A stretch of 64,000 nt of DNA from Candidatus Latescibacterota bacterium (GCA_965243025.1 CBDETY010000003.1:1280001-1344000), one strand, 5' to 3'. Positions 30,150-45,575 are shown, counted from the stretch's first letter. Numbers and translations are program-made. Notes: generated by a model from the sequence alone, not told the origin.

Positions 30150-31256
30150 CTAGGACGAATCAACAATTCTGACTTGTAGGTTATTGCGACGTTCTGCGTT
30201 TGAAATGGTAGCTACGGTCGCCGAAAGTTGCCCCAGATCGAGAGCCCACCGATCCCCTGTCCCGGAGCTGTAGGGTGGCTTGAAGCCCTTGGGAGAAGGA
30301 TACTCAACCTGTATGTCAGGGTACAATGCCTTCGCGAAGTAGCAGCCGATAGCCTGCAATTTACTGCCGGCGGGGGCCAACAAGATTCGGTGGTTAACAG
30401 ACAAATCCCAGTACAAGCGGGAGACAACTTCCACCGTCTCCCGATAGTCCAACGTGGAGACAACACGCTTTGGTAGTACGGCATTGTGTGTGCCCGAAAC
30501 TACTGGATTATCACCCTCCCACTCTCGTCGAACTTGGTCATGAATCCAGGCGGTAGCCTCCTCACGCCACCTATGGTAGGGAGGTCGACTGTTGATCAGA
30601 AGAAGCCGGCTTGGGTAGACCGTATTCAGGAGAACCTGGGTGAGGGCATCATTGAACGACATGAACACGATCGCCGCGGTCGGCTGCCCCTGCATTGCGA
30701 CACTGGACAGAGAATCAACTCGCACCACACCATGGACCCCGGTAAAAACCGAAACGCTAGGCTGATGAAGCCTCCCCCTCCTCTTCGCGTCCTCGAACTC
30801 CTCTTGGTTGGGCCCATACGCCTCAGCCTCAGCGTACACGATAAATACCTCAACCTGCAATCTGCAACAAACGTTCAAGACAAGGATAATCGCTAGCTTG
30901 GACATAGTTGACACGTCAAGAATCACCCTCCGGGCCCGGCTTCCCTGCAACTTGGCATGCAGACGCGTCTCGAAATCTCCTGGTTCGAAACGGTTGTACT
31001 GAAGGACATCACTGTCTGTAATGGCAACGCCCCGTGCGGCAAGTCGGCCTCGCACCTCCACCAGTCGGTTTCTAGGGTCCTTCGGAACGTAGTCTAACAG
31101 AATCCCCTTCGCGTTCCTTGCGCTGTCCCCGAACATCTCAGGAATTGCCAGCGCTCGATCCTCGAATCCGGGGGCATGAACCAGAACATCCCCATCAAAG
31201 CACTCAACGCTCTTGCATGCCTGAAGGGGGGGCAACAAATCAGCAATTCTGTTCAT
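30150..31256 (-). CDS. Hypothetical protein, possibly two tandem CARF-like Rossmann domains
   Basis: APGFEDRA, VILDVSTMSK and LLAPAGSKLQAIG segments resemble CARF-like strand-loop-K motifs. The fold call is inference. Confidence 0.65.
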   Translation of the reverse strand: MNRIADLLPPLQACKSVECFDGDVLVHAPGFEDRALAIPEMFGDSARNAKGILLDYVPKDPRNRLVEVRGRLAARGVAITDSDVLQYNRFEPGDFETRLHAKLQGSRARRVILDVSTMSKLAIILVLNVCCRLQVEVFIVYAEAEAYGPNQEEFEDAKRRGRLHQPSVSVFTGVHGVVRVDSLSSVAMQGQPTAAIVFMSFNDALTQVLLNTVYPSRLLLINSRPPYHRWREEATAWIHDQVRREWEGDNPVVSGTHNAVLPKRVVSTLDYRETVEVVSRLYWDLSVNHRILLAPAGSKLQAIGCYFAKALYPDIQVEYPSPKGFKPPYSSGTGDRWALDLGQLSATVATISNAERRNNLQVRIVDSS

Positions 31257-31307
31257 CGCGCTCTCTCATCTGGTAATTCTCACGGACACACCACCTCCTT
31301 CAATGCT

Positions 31308-34004
31308 CTATAATCCCTCTCCGTCAGCCCCTTCTTGCAGGTCATCGTATGCGGCATCATGCTCACTCGCCTGCAGGAAGGGCATCACCAACTGGCTTTC
31401 GGGAGTACTAGAGTCCGAACGCCTACTGAAGATGGCATCTTTGAATCGGTCCGGCTCCAACAACAGTTTGATGAAGTCGTCACACTTCAGTTGAACGCTG
31501 TCACGCTTGGACAAAGCAAGCGAACAAAAGGGGAGCAAGAGCCGCCGCAAATACAGGCGGGGGACGAAGGCTCCACGGACACTCTTCCCCCTACTGTCGC
31601 GCATAAAAAGGCCGTACCTCACCAAGTCCACATATACCTCTTGTGCAAGTCCACTAATGCGAAAGTCATCGACGATTTCCATTCGAAACGCCATCCGGGG
31701 CACCTCTCTGTCCAAGGAGCCCTCGGAGATTTGGTATGTGGGCCCGAGCAATAGTTCTCTGGCCGCCGCGACGAAGGCCTCGACAACAGCTTTGAGATGC
31801 TCGCCGTAGGCACCGGCCAGCTGGAAATCGGCCTTGTCCTGCTGGAGAGCTGCTAATGTGTGCTCAACGCGGTTCGGATTGGTCGGTTCGTTGCGAGTTT
31901 GGGAGTCAAGCCACTGGCCTCCACGATTACGGAAGATTCGATCCTGAGTCTCGTCCGGGACAGGTAGGTCAACCTGGGAGGTCTGCTCGTTGTTCGTCTT
32001 GGGCGCGTCATCAACAATGTCCGTCATCAGTTGGATCAAGGTCCGAGTATCCCCGGACCAAAGATCCGCGAATACACTGGCGCCGGTGTAGGTAACACGT
32101 GCTCGCGAGGGGCCCCGACGTTGGGAACTGCCATCAATGGGCACCGGGTTAGACACAATAGGGACCCTTGTCCTCAACCGACGTGCGAATTCAGTCTTGG
32201 AGAAGGGCGTCTTGCCGAGGACGGCTCCGAGGGTGGCGTCTTGATCGGGAACACGCGGATCAAAGGCCAGCCTTCGGGAAAACACCTCCTCGAGGAAGGA
32301 TAGGCGCTCCTCATCCGAAAGAAACAGAGCTTCCTCACCCATGTCGACCAATTGGTAATCGTCTCCGTCCTGCAGCTTTTTACCGCTGGAGTCTTCAGAG
32401 ACAAACGTACAAAAGGCTTCGGTCGCGATCTTGGAGAGGAAGTTTGGAGACCGTTGGAGAAACAGCCGGTTCAGAACTCGCTGCATAGAATGGGAGACTC
32501 GGGGAGTGGAGAAGTCATCGACAAACAAGAGCACTGACCTGTCTCCGAACCAAGGAGAACATGACCTAACAGCGGTGACAAACCTGGTCAGCCATCCAAA
32601 CTGGGCCATGTCCGCAAAGGCAGGGAAAGGCGTAAAGGCGTCATCAAGAAATGTCCACTTGATGTGCTCAACAATTGTTCGATACCGCTCCAATCGGTCC
32701 TCCCCGTCGATCAAGTGGACCTCGTCTGGCGGCACTACCCATCCCTCGACCATCGCAAGGAACTCGTCTGTCACCGGTTCCTGGAGCCGGCCCGTCCGCG
32801 CTGATTGGACGCCAAGCAGATCGGCCAAGACACATAGGTTGGCGTAACAGACCAACCGCTTTTCATCATCCTTCGTAGGTCTCGATGGATAGCGTGAAAA
32901 CACGTCAGCTAGATCGTTGGCATTGACGTACAACGCTACGAATTGGTTCCGCATCGGGAGAGCGGTAACCTCCCCGCACTCCACCACAAGCCGTTCGCTC
33001 AGCCGTCTAAACAGCATGGTCTTACCACAGCCTCGTGGTCCGGTCACAACAGTCGGAATGTCGAGGGCCAAGATCTTGGAACGGGCGGGCACGGTAGGGA
33101 CAAATAGGCGTTCCCACCAGTTCCACCGCTCACCGATCATTTCACTCACTTGGAATTGCCCCACAGACCCCTCTTCAGTGGATGTGTGACCAGGGGCCGC
33201 AGTTTGGAGCGCCGATAGATCGTGCGCTTTCGCCTGTCGCTTCATTTCGAGAAGCGCCTGAAGGAGTTCCCGGGGGCCCCTACGCTCTGATCCTAGATCT
33301 CTCAAGAGTTTTCCCAAGTCTTGGCGAATTCTTAGCAGAATCTTTCGGTCCGTAGCAGTGGTCTTTGAGTAGTCAATATGCTCAAGGATCTTGTTGATGA
33401 TGATCGCTAATCCCTCGTAATCATCCTTGGGCAACACGGCCGCACCTGTTGCTCCGTATCCGAAGTCGGATACAAATACTGGAGCCCGCCTCTGTAGGGA
33501 GTCGTCCAGCATGGTAGCGGAGGCGTCCCCGATGAGGATGTTGCCGGGATGCAAGTCTCCATGGCGAGCAACACCCCTCTCCTGGCAGGAGTTTAGCACG
33601 TGCAAAATGCGCTCAATCACTGAGACGAGGAAGCTTGTGCTGACTTGCTCCACGCGCTGGAGGTGGGCGTTCAAGTTTTCCCCAGGTGGTATGTAATCCC
33701 ATACGGTATACTGACAAAGATGTGTCTCTCCCTGGTGGGTTATCTGTTCAGGGCCTAGTCCGTGAAAGTGAACCACATGGGGAACGAGGTTCAGCAGCAT
33801 GACCTTGTTCAATTCGACCTGCCAGCCGTTTCTCAATTCGTCAAAAATCAGTTTGATTGCCCATGGGGGGCCGGGGAATTCGGTCTGTTCTGCGCGGTAC
33901 ACATAGCCAATCTTGCCGGCTCCGATAAATTCCAGAAGCTTGTACCCATTGACTAGGTGGCCCGATAGGCTGCGTCGCCATTCGTCGGACTGCCTTCTTT
34001 GCAT
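31308..34004 (-). CDS. Ser/Thr protein kinase fused to a P-loop (STAND/ORC-CDC6-like) ATPase
   Basis: Kinase motifs GAGKIG, AIK, HGDLHPGN and DFG, then Walker A GPRGCGKT and Walker B LLFVDD. Start taken at MQRRQS. Confidence 0.85.
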   Translation of the reverse strand: MQRRQSDEWRRSLSGHLVNGYKLLEFIGAGKIGYVYRAEQTEFPGPPWAIKLIFDELRNGWQVELNKVMLLNLVPHVVHFHGLGPEQITHQGETHLCQYTVWDYIPPGENLNAHLQRVEQVSTSFLVSVIERILHVLNSCQERGVARHGDLHPGNILIGDASATMLDDSLQRRAPVFVSDFGYGATGAAVLPKDDYEGLAIIINKILEHIDYSKTTATDRKILLRIRQDLGKLLRDLGSERRGPRELLQALLEMKRQAKAHDLSALQTAAPGHTSTEEGSVGQFQVSEMIGERWNWWERLFVPTVPARSKILALDIPTVVTGPRGCGKTMLFRRLSERLVVECGEVTALPMRNQFVALYVNANDLADVFSRYPSRPTKDDEKRLVCYANLCVLADLLGVQSARTGRLQEPVTDEFLAMVEGWVVPPDEVHLIDGEDRLERYRTIVEHIKWTFLDDAFTPFPAFADMAQFGWLTRFVTAVRSCSPWFGDRSVLLFVDDFSTPRVSHSMQRVLNRLFLQRSPNFLSKIATEAFCTFVSEDSSGKKLQDGDDYQLVDMGEEALFLSDEERLSFLEEVFSRRLAFDPRVPDQDATLGAVLGKTPFSKTEFARRLRTRVPIVSNPVPIDGSSQRRGPSRARVTYTGASVFADLWSGDTRTLIQLMTDIVDDAPKTNNEQTSQVDLPVPDETQDRIFRNRGGQWLDSQTRNEPTNPNRVEHTLAALQQDKADFQLAGAYGEHLKAVVEAFVAAARELLLGPTYQISEGSLDREVPRMAFRMEIVDDFRISGLAQEVYVDLVRYGLFMRDSRGKSVRGAFVPRLYLRRLLLPFCSLALSKRDSVQLKCDDFIKLLLEPDRFKDAIFSRRSDSSTPESQLVMPFLQASEHDAAYDDLQEGADGEGL

Positions 34005-34056
34005 GGTTGCTTGAAGTTTCTCCGGGCCTGGAGTGGGGGAAGGGCTTGGGCAGGGC

Positions 34057-35208
34057 TTAGGGCTTCCTGAATACCAGGACAGTTTCGTTCTTGGTGCCCT
34101 TGCATTTGCGTCTGGAGCGGCGGATGTCGGGAATCTTGTCCTCGTAGACGTGTTCCAGATGAAATTCCTTAAGCATAGGCTCAGTGTCAAATACGGTGTG
34201 AGCGAGAGTCGCCGTGCAACTCGGTCGGCGACGTCCGCGAGTTGAGTCGCCTAGCACTAGGACTATTCGGCCACCGGGGAGCACCTTAGGCCCAATTCGG
34301 GTGCACACCTTGGTAAGGAGTGCGCTGAACGATCGTTCACGGTCGCGGGCCTGCGGGTCGTAATTGCGTGGCAATCTACGTTCATGGAACCATAGGCGTA
34401 GGCGATTGTCCCTTACGTAATGAAGCTCATTCATGTAGGGGGGGCTAGTGATTACGGTTGTGATCTCGCGGAGGGGGGGGAACAGTCGTGCGTCTGTCTC
34501 GACTACCCACCTCCGCTGAAGGAGATGGGCCGGGGGGCGGCGGTATGTTCGTCGTAGCTTCGATTGCAGCCTGTGAAGGACGTCTCGTTGTTCGTACATT
34601 TCGGGGAAAGCGTCCCTTGGGAAGTTTTTGGTGCGGAGATATGGCACAAGATGGCTACTTGGGTAAGAGAGGAATCCTGGTCGCTGATGGTGTAGGATTC
34701 CGAGTAAGCAGGCTAGGAGGAAGTCGTCGTGCCTTTGGACGCACTCGTCGCGGAAAGCAAGGGCGCTTCGGAGCGTTTCTGGATGAAAGAAGGCGCGAAC
34801 CCATTTGGGTATTCGTCGCAGATCCTGGGACATCAGACGTTGGCGAGAGCCTTCCCACACTTCCTGCAATCTGAGGTTGGCACTCTCTATGGTAGGGGGA
34901 GCGAACAACTTTGCCCGGGTAAGCAGCACAGCATATGAATTCCAGTCACCTGCAATCACTTGACGATTGCCTAGTGCTGCCTCGAGAGCTACCACCCCGC
35001 TCCCACAGAAGGGGTCAACGAGGAGGTCGCCAGGGTCTGTATAACGGTCGATGAGTGAGCGAGCCATCGACGTCTTCATTCGGCCAATATATGGTGCCAA
35101 TTGATGGAATGTACAGTCGGTGGCGAGAGTTGACTCCTTAGTCCAGATTGGGCCTTGCTTTGAGCAGGGAAGCACCGGCGTAGTGGATGTACTTGGAAAG
35201 CCTGTCAT
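34057..35208 (-). CDS. DNA methyltransferase, probably N4-cytosine
   Basis: Motif I DPFCGSG precedes motif IV TSPPY. Confidence 0.85.
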   Translation of the reverse strand: MTGFPSTSTTPVLPCSKQGPIWTKESTLATDCTFHQLAPYIGRMKTSMARSLIDRYTDPGDLLVDPFCGSGVVALEAALGNRQVIAGDWNSYAVLLTRAKLFAPPTIESANLRLQEVWEGSRQRLMSQDLRRIPKWVRAFFHPETLRSALAFRDECVQRHDDFLLACLLGILHHQRPGFLSYPSSHLVPYLRTKNFPRDAFPEMYEQRDVLHRLQSKLRRTYRRPPAHLLQRRWVVETDARLFPPLREITTVITSPPYMNELHYVRDNRLRLWFHERRLPRNYDPQARDRERSFSALLTKVCTRIGPKVLPGGRIVLVLGDSTRGRRRPSCTATLAHTVFDTEPMLKEFHLEHVYEDKIPDIRRSRRKCKGTKNETVLVFRKP

Positions 35209-35401
35209 AGTTTCTTGCGGCTGGTAGAATTGTGTTTGGGGGAAGTTGGGGGGAGACCAGGGCAGGGAAAGGAGGAGGAAACTTGGGGAAAGGGCGTCTC
35301 TTCTCGTTGGGCTTCTGTGATCAGAAAGGGGGCAGGTTCGTACGAGGTGAGATGCATTGCTGAGCAGGAGGCGTAGTAGATGCTCTATCGGAAAGCTCTA
35401 C

Positions 35402-36129
35402 CTACCATGCGAAGTGTAGCCCGCGCTGCCGCAGATGCTCCCGCCGGCGTTCATAGTCCGGCATGAGCCTCCCGAGGGCCTGCCAGTACTCCCGCCCGTG
35501 GCCCCGGTGGCACAGGTGCACCAACTCGTGGACCACCACATAGTCCACCAAACGCATCGGGGCCTGGATGATGCGCCAGTTCAGCCGGATGGTGCCGCCG
35601 CGGTCGCAGCTGCCCCAGCGCCTCTTTTGGTCTGAGATCACAACCCGGGGCATTTCCACGCCGGCCTTCGGGCACCACATCTCCACCCTTTCCGGCAGCC
35701 GCTCTGCGGCGTGACCCCGCAGCCACGAAACCAGCGCCGCTCGCACGTGATCCCGCTGCTCCGCTCCCGCCGGCGCCGGCACGTGCAGCCACCCGCCTCG
35801 CAGCTTCGCCTCTCCGGTGCCGCCGGAATCAACCTTCAGCCGGTAGTGCCGACCCAGGTACATCACGCTCTCCCCGCTGACGAACTCCCGCGGCGATAGC
35901 GGCACTCCGTTTGACCCCACCCCCCGAAGCCGCTGGACGATCCACCCTGCCTTCCGCTGGACGACCGCATCGAGCCGGTCGGTGCTGAAATTCTCGGGCG
36001 CGAGAAGCAACACCCCGCCCCCGGGATCCACTGTCACCGCAACGGTCTTCTTCCGCCGGGCACTGCGCCGAATAGCGTACGTCACCCTCGTATCCCCCCA
36101 GGTGATGGCCGAGGTCTCCAGGCTTCCCG

Positions 36130-36133
<4 letters not shown>
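35402..36133 (-). CDS. YgjP/DUF45 (M48-like) metal-dependent hydrolase associated with type I R-M
   Basis: RWGSC and DYVVVHELVH (HExxH). Overlaps the hsdR stop. Confidence 0.9.
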
Positions 36134-39140
<3,007 letters not shown>

Positions 39141-39144
<4 letters not shown>

Positions 39145-40305
39145 GCAGCCTTGATGTCGGGGGCGACACGGAGTTCGCCGGTGAGGAGGACGGACATAAG
39201 GGCAGACTTAGCGACCTGCACTTGATCGATATACGCCTGTTTCCTCTGGAGGACTTCGTCCAGAGACGATAGGATCGTGGAAATCTCGGTTTGCTCTGAC
39301 AAGGAAGGCACAGGGATCGGGATGCTATTGAGGTCAGCCTGATTGAGTTTCGATCGTGTCGCCGCGTTGATGAATGGGCGAACATCCCTGTGCACCAAGG
39401 AGTAGTAGAACCATGAATTGTTGAATCCGTCCTTCGTGCGTAGGACATGCGCATGGTTGTTCACCCAACACTTCCCGTCGACCATATATGCGATGGGTCG
39501 AGTTCGGTACTCATCAAAGTAACCACCGTCCTCAGCCATCAGGATGAGTGGTTCATCAAAGATCCAATCCGACACGTGGTCAACAACACCGTTCGCACCG
39601 TAGTAGGGATACGGCCCTCTCATGCTCTCCCGCTGGCTCTTGTTGAGGGGCTTTCTCCTGCGGTCAAGAACTTCAAAAACCTCCTGAACTAACTTGACCT
39701 CCCACACCTCTGGAATTTCTCCGATCTCCGTCTGCTTGAACCGCGTGTGCCGGCCCGGCAGGCCCCGCGTGAGCAGCTCCTGCATCAGGCCCCGCTTGAC
39801 GACCTGCACTTGGTCGATGACCGCCTGGGTCTTCTCGATAGCGTCGTCCACCGAGGAGAGGATGGCGGCAATCTTCCGCTGCTCCGCCGGAGAGGGAAGC
39901 GGAAGTTTCAACCCACAAAGATCAGTCTTGTTCACTGCAGCGAATGTGCTGCCCTGGGAAACGCGGACAAGGCCAGACACCATCCTCCGGAGTGCATGCC
40001 ACAAGAAGGTAGATTCGACGCCGGTCGCGGTTATTGCGGACAACCCTCTTCCAATACAAATCCGCGTGTCCGCCAAGTTCAGAGCTCCAACCGGTGCTCG
40101 AACACTCAAGAGGATGTCCCCTAGCTGAGCCTCCTTCTGCGGCTTACTGCAGTATTTTACCGGTTGCGGGGTATGAGCACCGAACTCCGCATTTCCTTGG
40201 ATAAAGGGAGGTCCATCTCCGTCTTCGTTTACGGTGCTCGACGGAGGTGACTGGCCCATGTTGACCGTGGCAACGTCACCTAGACGAACCGTTTCCCAGT
40301 CAAGG

Positions 40306-40313
<8 letters not shown>
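39141..40313 (-). CDS. hsdS: Type I R-M specificity subunit S
   Basis: Two lower-GC TRDs separated by the conserved PSPAEQRKIAAILSSVD / KRGLMQELLT helices. Confidence 0.94.
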
Positions 40314-42141
<1,828 letters not shown>

Positions 42142-43040
42142 CGGAATGGGTCACGGTCAGGGCGAGCGTCCGTTCTTCATGGCGGACCTTCACCCGGCTG
42201 CGGTGCCCGCAGAAGGACGGTAAGTCGTTTACTGTTTCGTGCGGTCAGGTGTCTTTGATTGAACTGGCAAAGCTAAGGTCGCAGGCCACGTCGAGACAGC
42301 GGGGGGACTCGTCGGGTCCCGTTTCAGCGTGCAGTGCAGGCGTCCGGCCTATTCCCGGGGGCAGCGGGGCTGAATGCGCTCGGGAACGATGCCGAGGCGA
42401 GTCCATTATGACCGACGACAGCTGAGAGAGCGCATGGTCTGGGAGGAAGGGAAGGGGCCGCCGTTGTCGGTGCGGATAACGCGGGGGCCGGAGGCCTCGA
42501 AACTACAGGCGCGATTTTCGGAAAAATCTGGTATAACATAGTAGAGCAAGACGTTTACTCCCCTCCCCGCAGGACCTGGGAACTGCACGCTTCCCTCGAT
42601 CCGAAGGACTGCATCCCACCGAATCACCGTTTCCTCCTCCGCCACCGCCGCCGCCAAGGCGTTTCCTGTTTCGATCACTCACAGACCCATCCGTCGCCGT
42701 TGTCGTTCCACCGAATCGAGGGGCTTTCCTCCGGTAGGAACTCCGCCTGGGCTTCAGGGAACAGGGAAGGTCAGTGAGGATGCCGCCGGCCAGGGCCGTC
42801 TCAAAGGGCTCGCTCCCCCTGGTCTAATGCTCATTGCAATGAAGTGAAGCAGACGCAGTTGCCACAGCCGGATCGCTGAATTCTGCAAACGGGATTCCTC
42901 CCCACATCCCGACCCTGCCGGAACCCGAATAACCTGTCAACACCTGCTGCCGGCTTTCCGCTTCAAGGCCGGGTCAGGCCCGTTCTGTGCCCTTCTGTCG
43001 GTGTCCACCGACAAATCAACCCCCCAACTGGAGAATTGAA

Positions 43041-43286
43041 ATGACGCAAGATCAGCTGAAAAGAGCCAGAGACGCCCTGGGAATGAAGCAATGGGAGTTG
43101 GGCCTCGCCCTGGGAGTCAGTGAGGCCGAAGTGTGCCTGTGGGAGAAGGGAAAGCGAACGATGCCGGAACGGTATCTCCGGCTCATGGGAGCGATCATCC
43201 ACCATCAGGAGCGGGGCTTGATCCTGTCCTACAAGGCATTCAATCCACCAAAAAAGGAGCAAGAAAATGGGAACCACCGTCTGTGA
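43041..43286 (+). CDS. XRE/Cro-like helix-turn-helix protein
   Basis: LKRARDALGMKQWELGLALGVSEAEVCLWEKG pattern, GGAG RBS. Confidence 0.8.
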   Translation: MTQDQLKRARDALGMKQWELGLALGVSEAEVCLWEKGKRTMPERYLRLMGAIIHHQERGLILSYKAFNPPKKEQENGNHRL

Positions 43287-43488
43287 TATCTGCAACGGGG
43301 TCGTATCCGAAGACGATTTGCGCGGGGAGCTCAAGGTCGGAACGGCCAGCATGATGGCCGAGGGGAGAAAGTTCGATGTCTGCATCGAGTGCGTGCACGG
43401 CCTTACCAAGTCCTCCCGGAAAACGGTGGCTTCGCCCTTCCGGATCTTCGTGGACGAGGAGGGCAGAATCCGGGACACGAGGGAGTAA
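43267..43488 (+). CDS. Small CxxC...CxxC zinc-finger protein
   Basis: CDIC...CIEC. AAGGAG RBS, overlaps neighbouring genes. Confidence 0.6.
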   Translation: MGTTVCDICNGVVSEDDLRGELKVGTASMMAEGRKFDVCIECVHGLTKSSRKTVASPFRIFVDEEGRIRDTRE

Positions 43489-43643
43489 TGGTTTTCAAGC
43501 CGGTCTGCTGCGTATGCGGCCAGGAAATCAGACCCTGGCACCTGTTCTACAGGCCCACCCCCGGCGAGCACATCTGCATCCCCTGCAGCGAGAAGGAAGC
43601 TCCCGATGAGGAACAGAGATCAGCCGACGATGATGACGGATAG
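43488..43643 (+). CDS. Small zinc-finger protein
   Basis: TAATG stop/start coupling and CCVC...CIPC. Confidence 0.5.
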   Translation: MVFKPVCCVCGQEIRPWHLFYRPTPGEHICIPCSEKEAPDEEQRSADDDDG

Positions 43644-43955
43644 TTTGTGGCAGGGGGGATCGAGCAGGCTGGAAGGCAATGGGCCGGAGTCTCCTGTCCG
43701 TCCATTGAGCTATGCCCCCCGAGCGTAGTCTCTTGAGCCGGAAAGAGAGCATTCCCGCATTTTGCCGATTTCGTCCAGCCCGGCCTTCGGTACCCTCTGC
43801 CACTTCTCTCAACCTCACCAGACAGGCGCAGGGCAGCCGCCCCGTCATCCCGGCACCCTCCCGGATCAGCTTTTTCAGCCTGGCTCCATGCTCCCCATCA
43901 ACAGAACGAACCCCTTCAATGAACTGTTGGTAAACCACCGACAAAGGAGAAAACC

Positions 43956-44165
43956 ATGTCCGACGAAGTGGATCTACCCAGGTGGGTCATCCGCCGATAT
44001 GCGGTGGTCAAGGAGGGTAAGGTTGACCGGTTTGAAACCCTTCCCGAAGCAACCGCACACCGCCAGAAGCACGGAGGGGAAGTTCGCGAGCTCGTGTTCC
44101 GTCTGTCCGAGGTCAAGACCCTATCCCAAAGGGTCGAGGGGTGGGTACGGGCTGATGGAGAGTGA
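43956..44165 (+). CDS. Small hypothetical protein (paralog of 44757-45005)
   Basis: AAGGAG RBS. PRWVIRR.AVVK.GKV.RFETLPEAT.HRQ.HGGEVREL.FRL is shared with the second copy. Confidence 0.7.
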   Translation: MSDEVDLPRWVIRRYAVVKEGKVDRFETLPEATAHRQKHGGEVRELVFRLSEVKTLSQRVEGWVRADGE

Positions 44166-44246
44166 CAGGACAGGCCGACACCCCATTGCTCTCCACAAGC
44201 TCGCACTAATACGCAAATCCCCCTTTCCGGAAAAGGAAACCAGTCC

Positions 44247-44519
44247 ATGAACCAGAAAACGAGAAACAAAATCGAATCCGTATATCAGGACGTGGCCTTC
44301 GAGAAGGTTCACCTGATGGCGGACGTAGATCCAGCCTGTATTGCCATCTTCTTCCGGCACCCCGAGATGGGAGGGATCGCCCTCCCGGTGTCGGCAGTGC
44401 AGGCTATATGCCTCACCTTCGCACTGCTGGAGTTGTTCGGAGAATCGGAGGGTATCATGGATCCGTATCTGGACATCGCCCTGGAGGAGATCAGGAAAAT
44501 GGCGGTGAAGAAAGGATGA
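44247..44519 (+). CDS. Small hypothetical protein
   Basis: AAGGA RBS and ATGA overlap with the next gene. Confidence 0.6.
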   Translation: MNQKTRNKIESVYQDVAFEKVHLMADVDPACIAIFFRHPEMGGIALPVSAVQAICLTFALLELFGESEGIMDPYLDIALEEIRKMAVKKG

Positions 44520-44764
44520 CAGAACTATACCAGCCTTCCCCGGCCCTAGCAGCGATTGTCGGAGACACTCCGTTGTCCTGGGTGAAAATCATCGAGTTGG
44601 TAGGGGATCATATCAAGGAAAACAACCTGGAGGCGGAGCCGCTATACATCCATACGGATGCCGCTCTCCGCGCCCTGGTGGACCGGGACACGGTGTCTGC
44701 GAAGGAGCTGACCGAGGTCCTGAAGAATCACATAACCCCACAGGAAGGAATGCCGGATGGCTGA
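44516..44764 (+). CDS. Stand-alone SWIB/MDM2-domain protein
   Basis: PSPALAAIVG..PLS...IIELVGDHIKENNL...IHTDAALRAL matches the SWIB pattern. Confidence 0.75.
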   Translation: MTELYQPSPALAAIVGDTPLSWVKIIELVGDHIKENNLEAEPLYIHTDAALRALVDRDTVSAKELTEVLKNHITPQEGMPDG

Positions 44765-45005
44765 CACGGAACGTCGATGCAGCAGTTCCGTTGAGGAAGC
44801 GGATTTCCCCCGGTGGGTGATCCGTCGATGGGCAGTCGTGAAAGACGGCAAGGTGAGCCGCTTCGAAACGCTGCCGGAGGCCACCCGGCACCGCCAGGAC
44901 CATGGCGGCGAAGTCCGGGAGCTGGAATTCAGGCTGGCAAGTGTCAAGACGGTCCCCCAGGGCTACCAGCCCAACCAGGGCTGGACCAGGGCGGATGGAG
45001 AATAG
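44757..45005 (+). CDS. Small hypothetical protein (paralog of 43956-44165)
   Basis: Clear duplicate of the upstream 69-aa ORF, ending RADGE. Confidence 0.7.
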   Translation: MADTERRCSSSVEEADFPRWVIRRWAVVKDGKVSRFETLPEATRHRQDHGGEVRELEFRLASVKTVPQGYQPNQGWTRADGE

Positions 45006-45034
45006 TCCTGCAGTCCATCTCTCCTCCCCCTTTT

Positions 45035-45070
45035 CCCCTGTCGGCTTCGTGCCGGCAGGGGGTTTTTGTT
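45035..45070 (+). terminator. Rho-independent terminator
   Basis: CCCCTGTCGGC-TTCGT-GCCGGCAGGGG followed by TTTTTGTT. Confidence 0.65.
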
Positions 45071-45137
45071 GGTGTTCACCGAGCGAAGACGGACGAAGTC
45101 ATCACCCCCCGACAGAACAGTACCAGAAAGGACCCCC

Positions 45138-45575
45138 ATGAAACTCGAAGTCGTAGAACGCAAGGTGCGGCAGATCTGGCAGGACGTATGCTCGGAGCCG
45201 CTCACCAGTCCCGACGAGGTGCTCGCCTACCTGGATACCCTCGACATAGCCTCAGCCGACAGGGAGGTATTCATCGTCCTCCACCTCGACACGCGCAATC
45301 GCGTAGTCGCACATGAGACGACCTCCATCGGCAGTCAGAACGCTTCCCTTGTCCATCCCCGAGAGGTGTTCAAGGCAGCGATCCTCAAGGGAGCAACCAG
45401 CATCATTCTGGCGCACAATCACCCCTCCGGGGATCCGGCGCCCTCCAAGGAAGACATCGATCTCACCCACCGTCTTGCCGAGGCCGGCGGCCTGATGGGG
45501 ATTCAGGTGCTCGATCATGTCGTCGTCGCTCCTCCTGGCGAAAGCGTGTCCATGAAGGAGCTCGGGATCGTATAG
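45138..45575 (+). CDS. radC: RadC-like JAB/MPN domain protein (short form)
   Basis: DREVF, LVHPREVFK, HNHPSGDPAPSKED and VLDHVV motifs. Confidence 0.92.
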   Translation: MKLEVVERKVRQIWQDVCSEPLTSPDEVLAYLDTLDIASADREVFIVLHLDTRNRVVAHETTSIGSQNASLVHPREVFKAAILKGATSIILAHNHPSGDPAPSKEDIDLTHRLAEAGGLMGIQVLDHVVVAPPGESVSMKELGIV

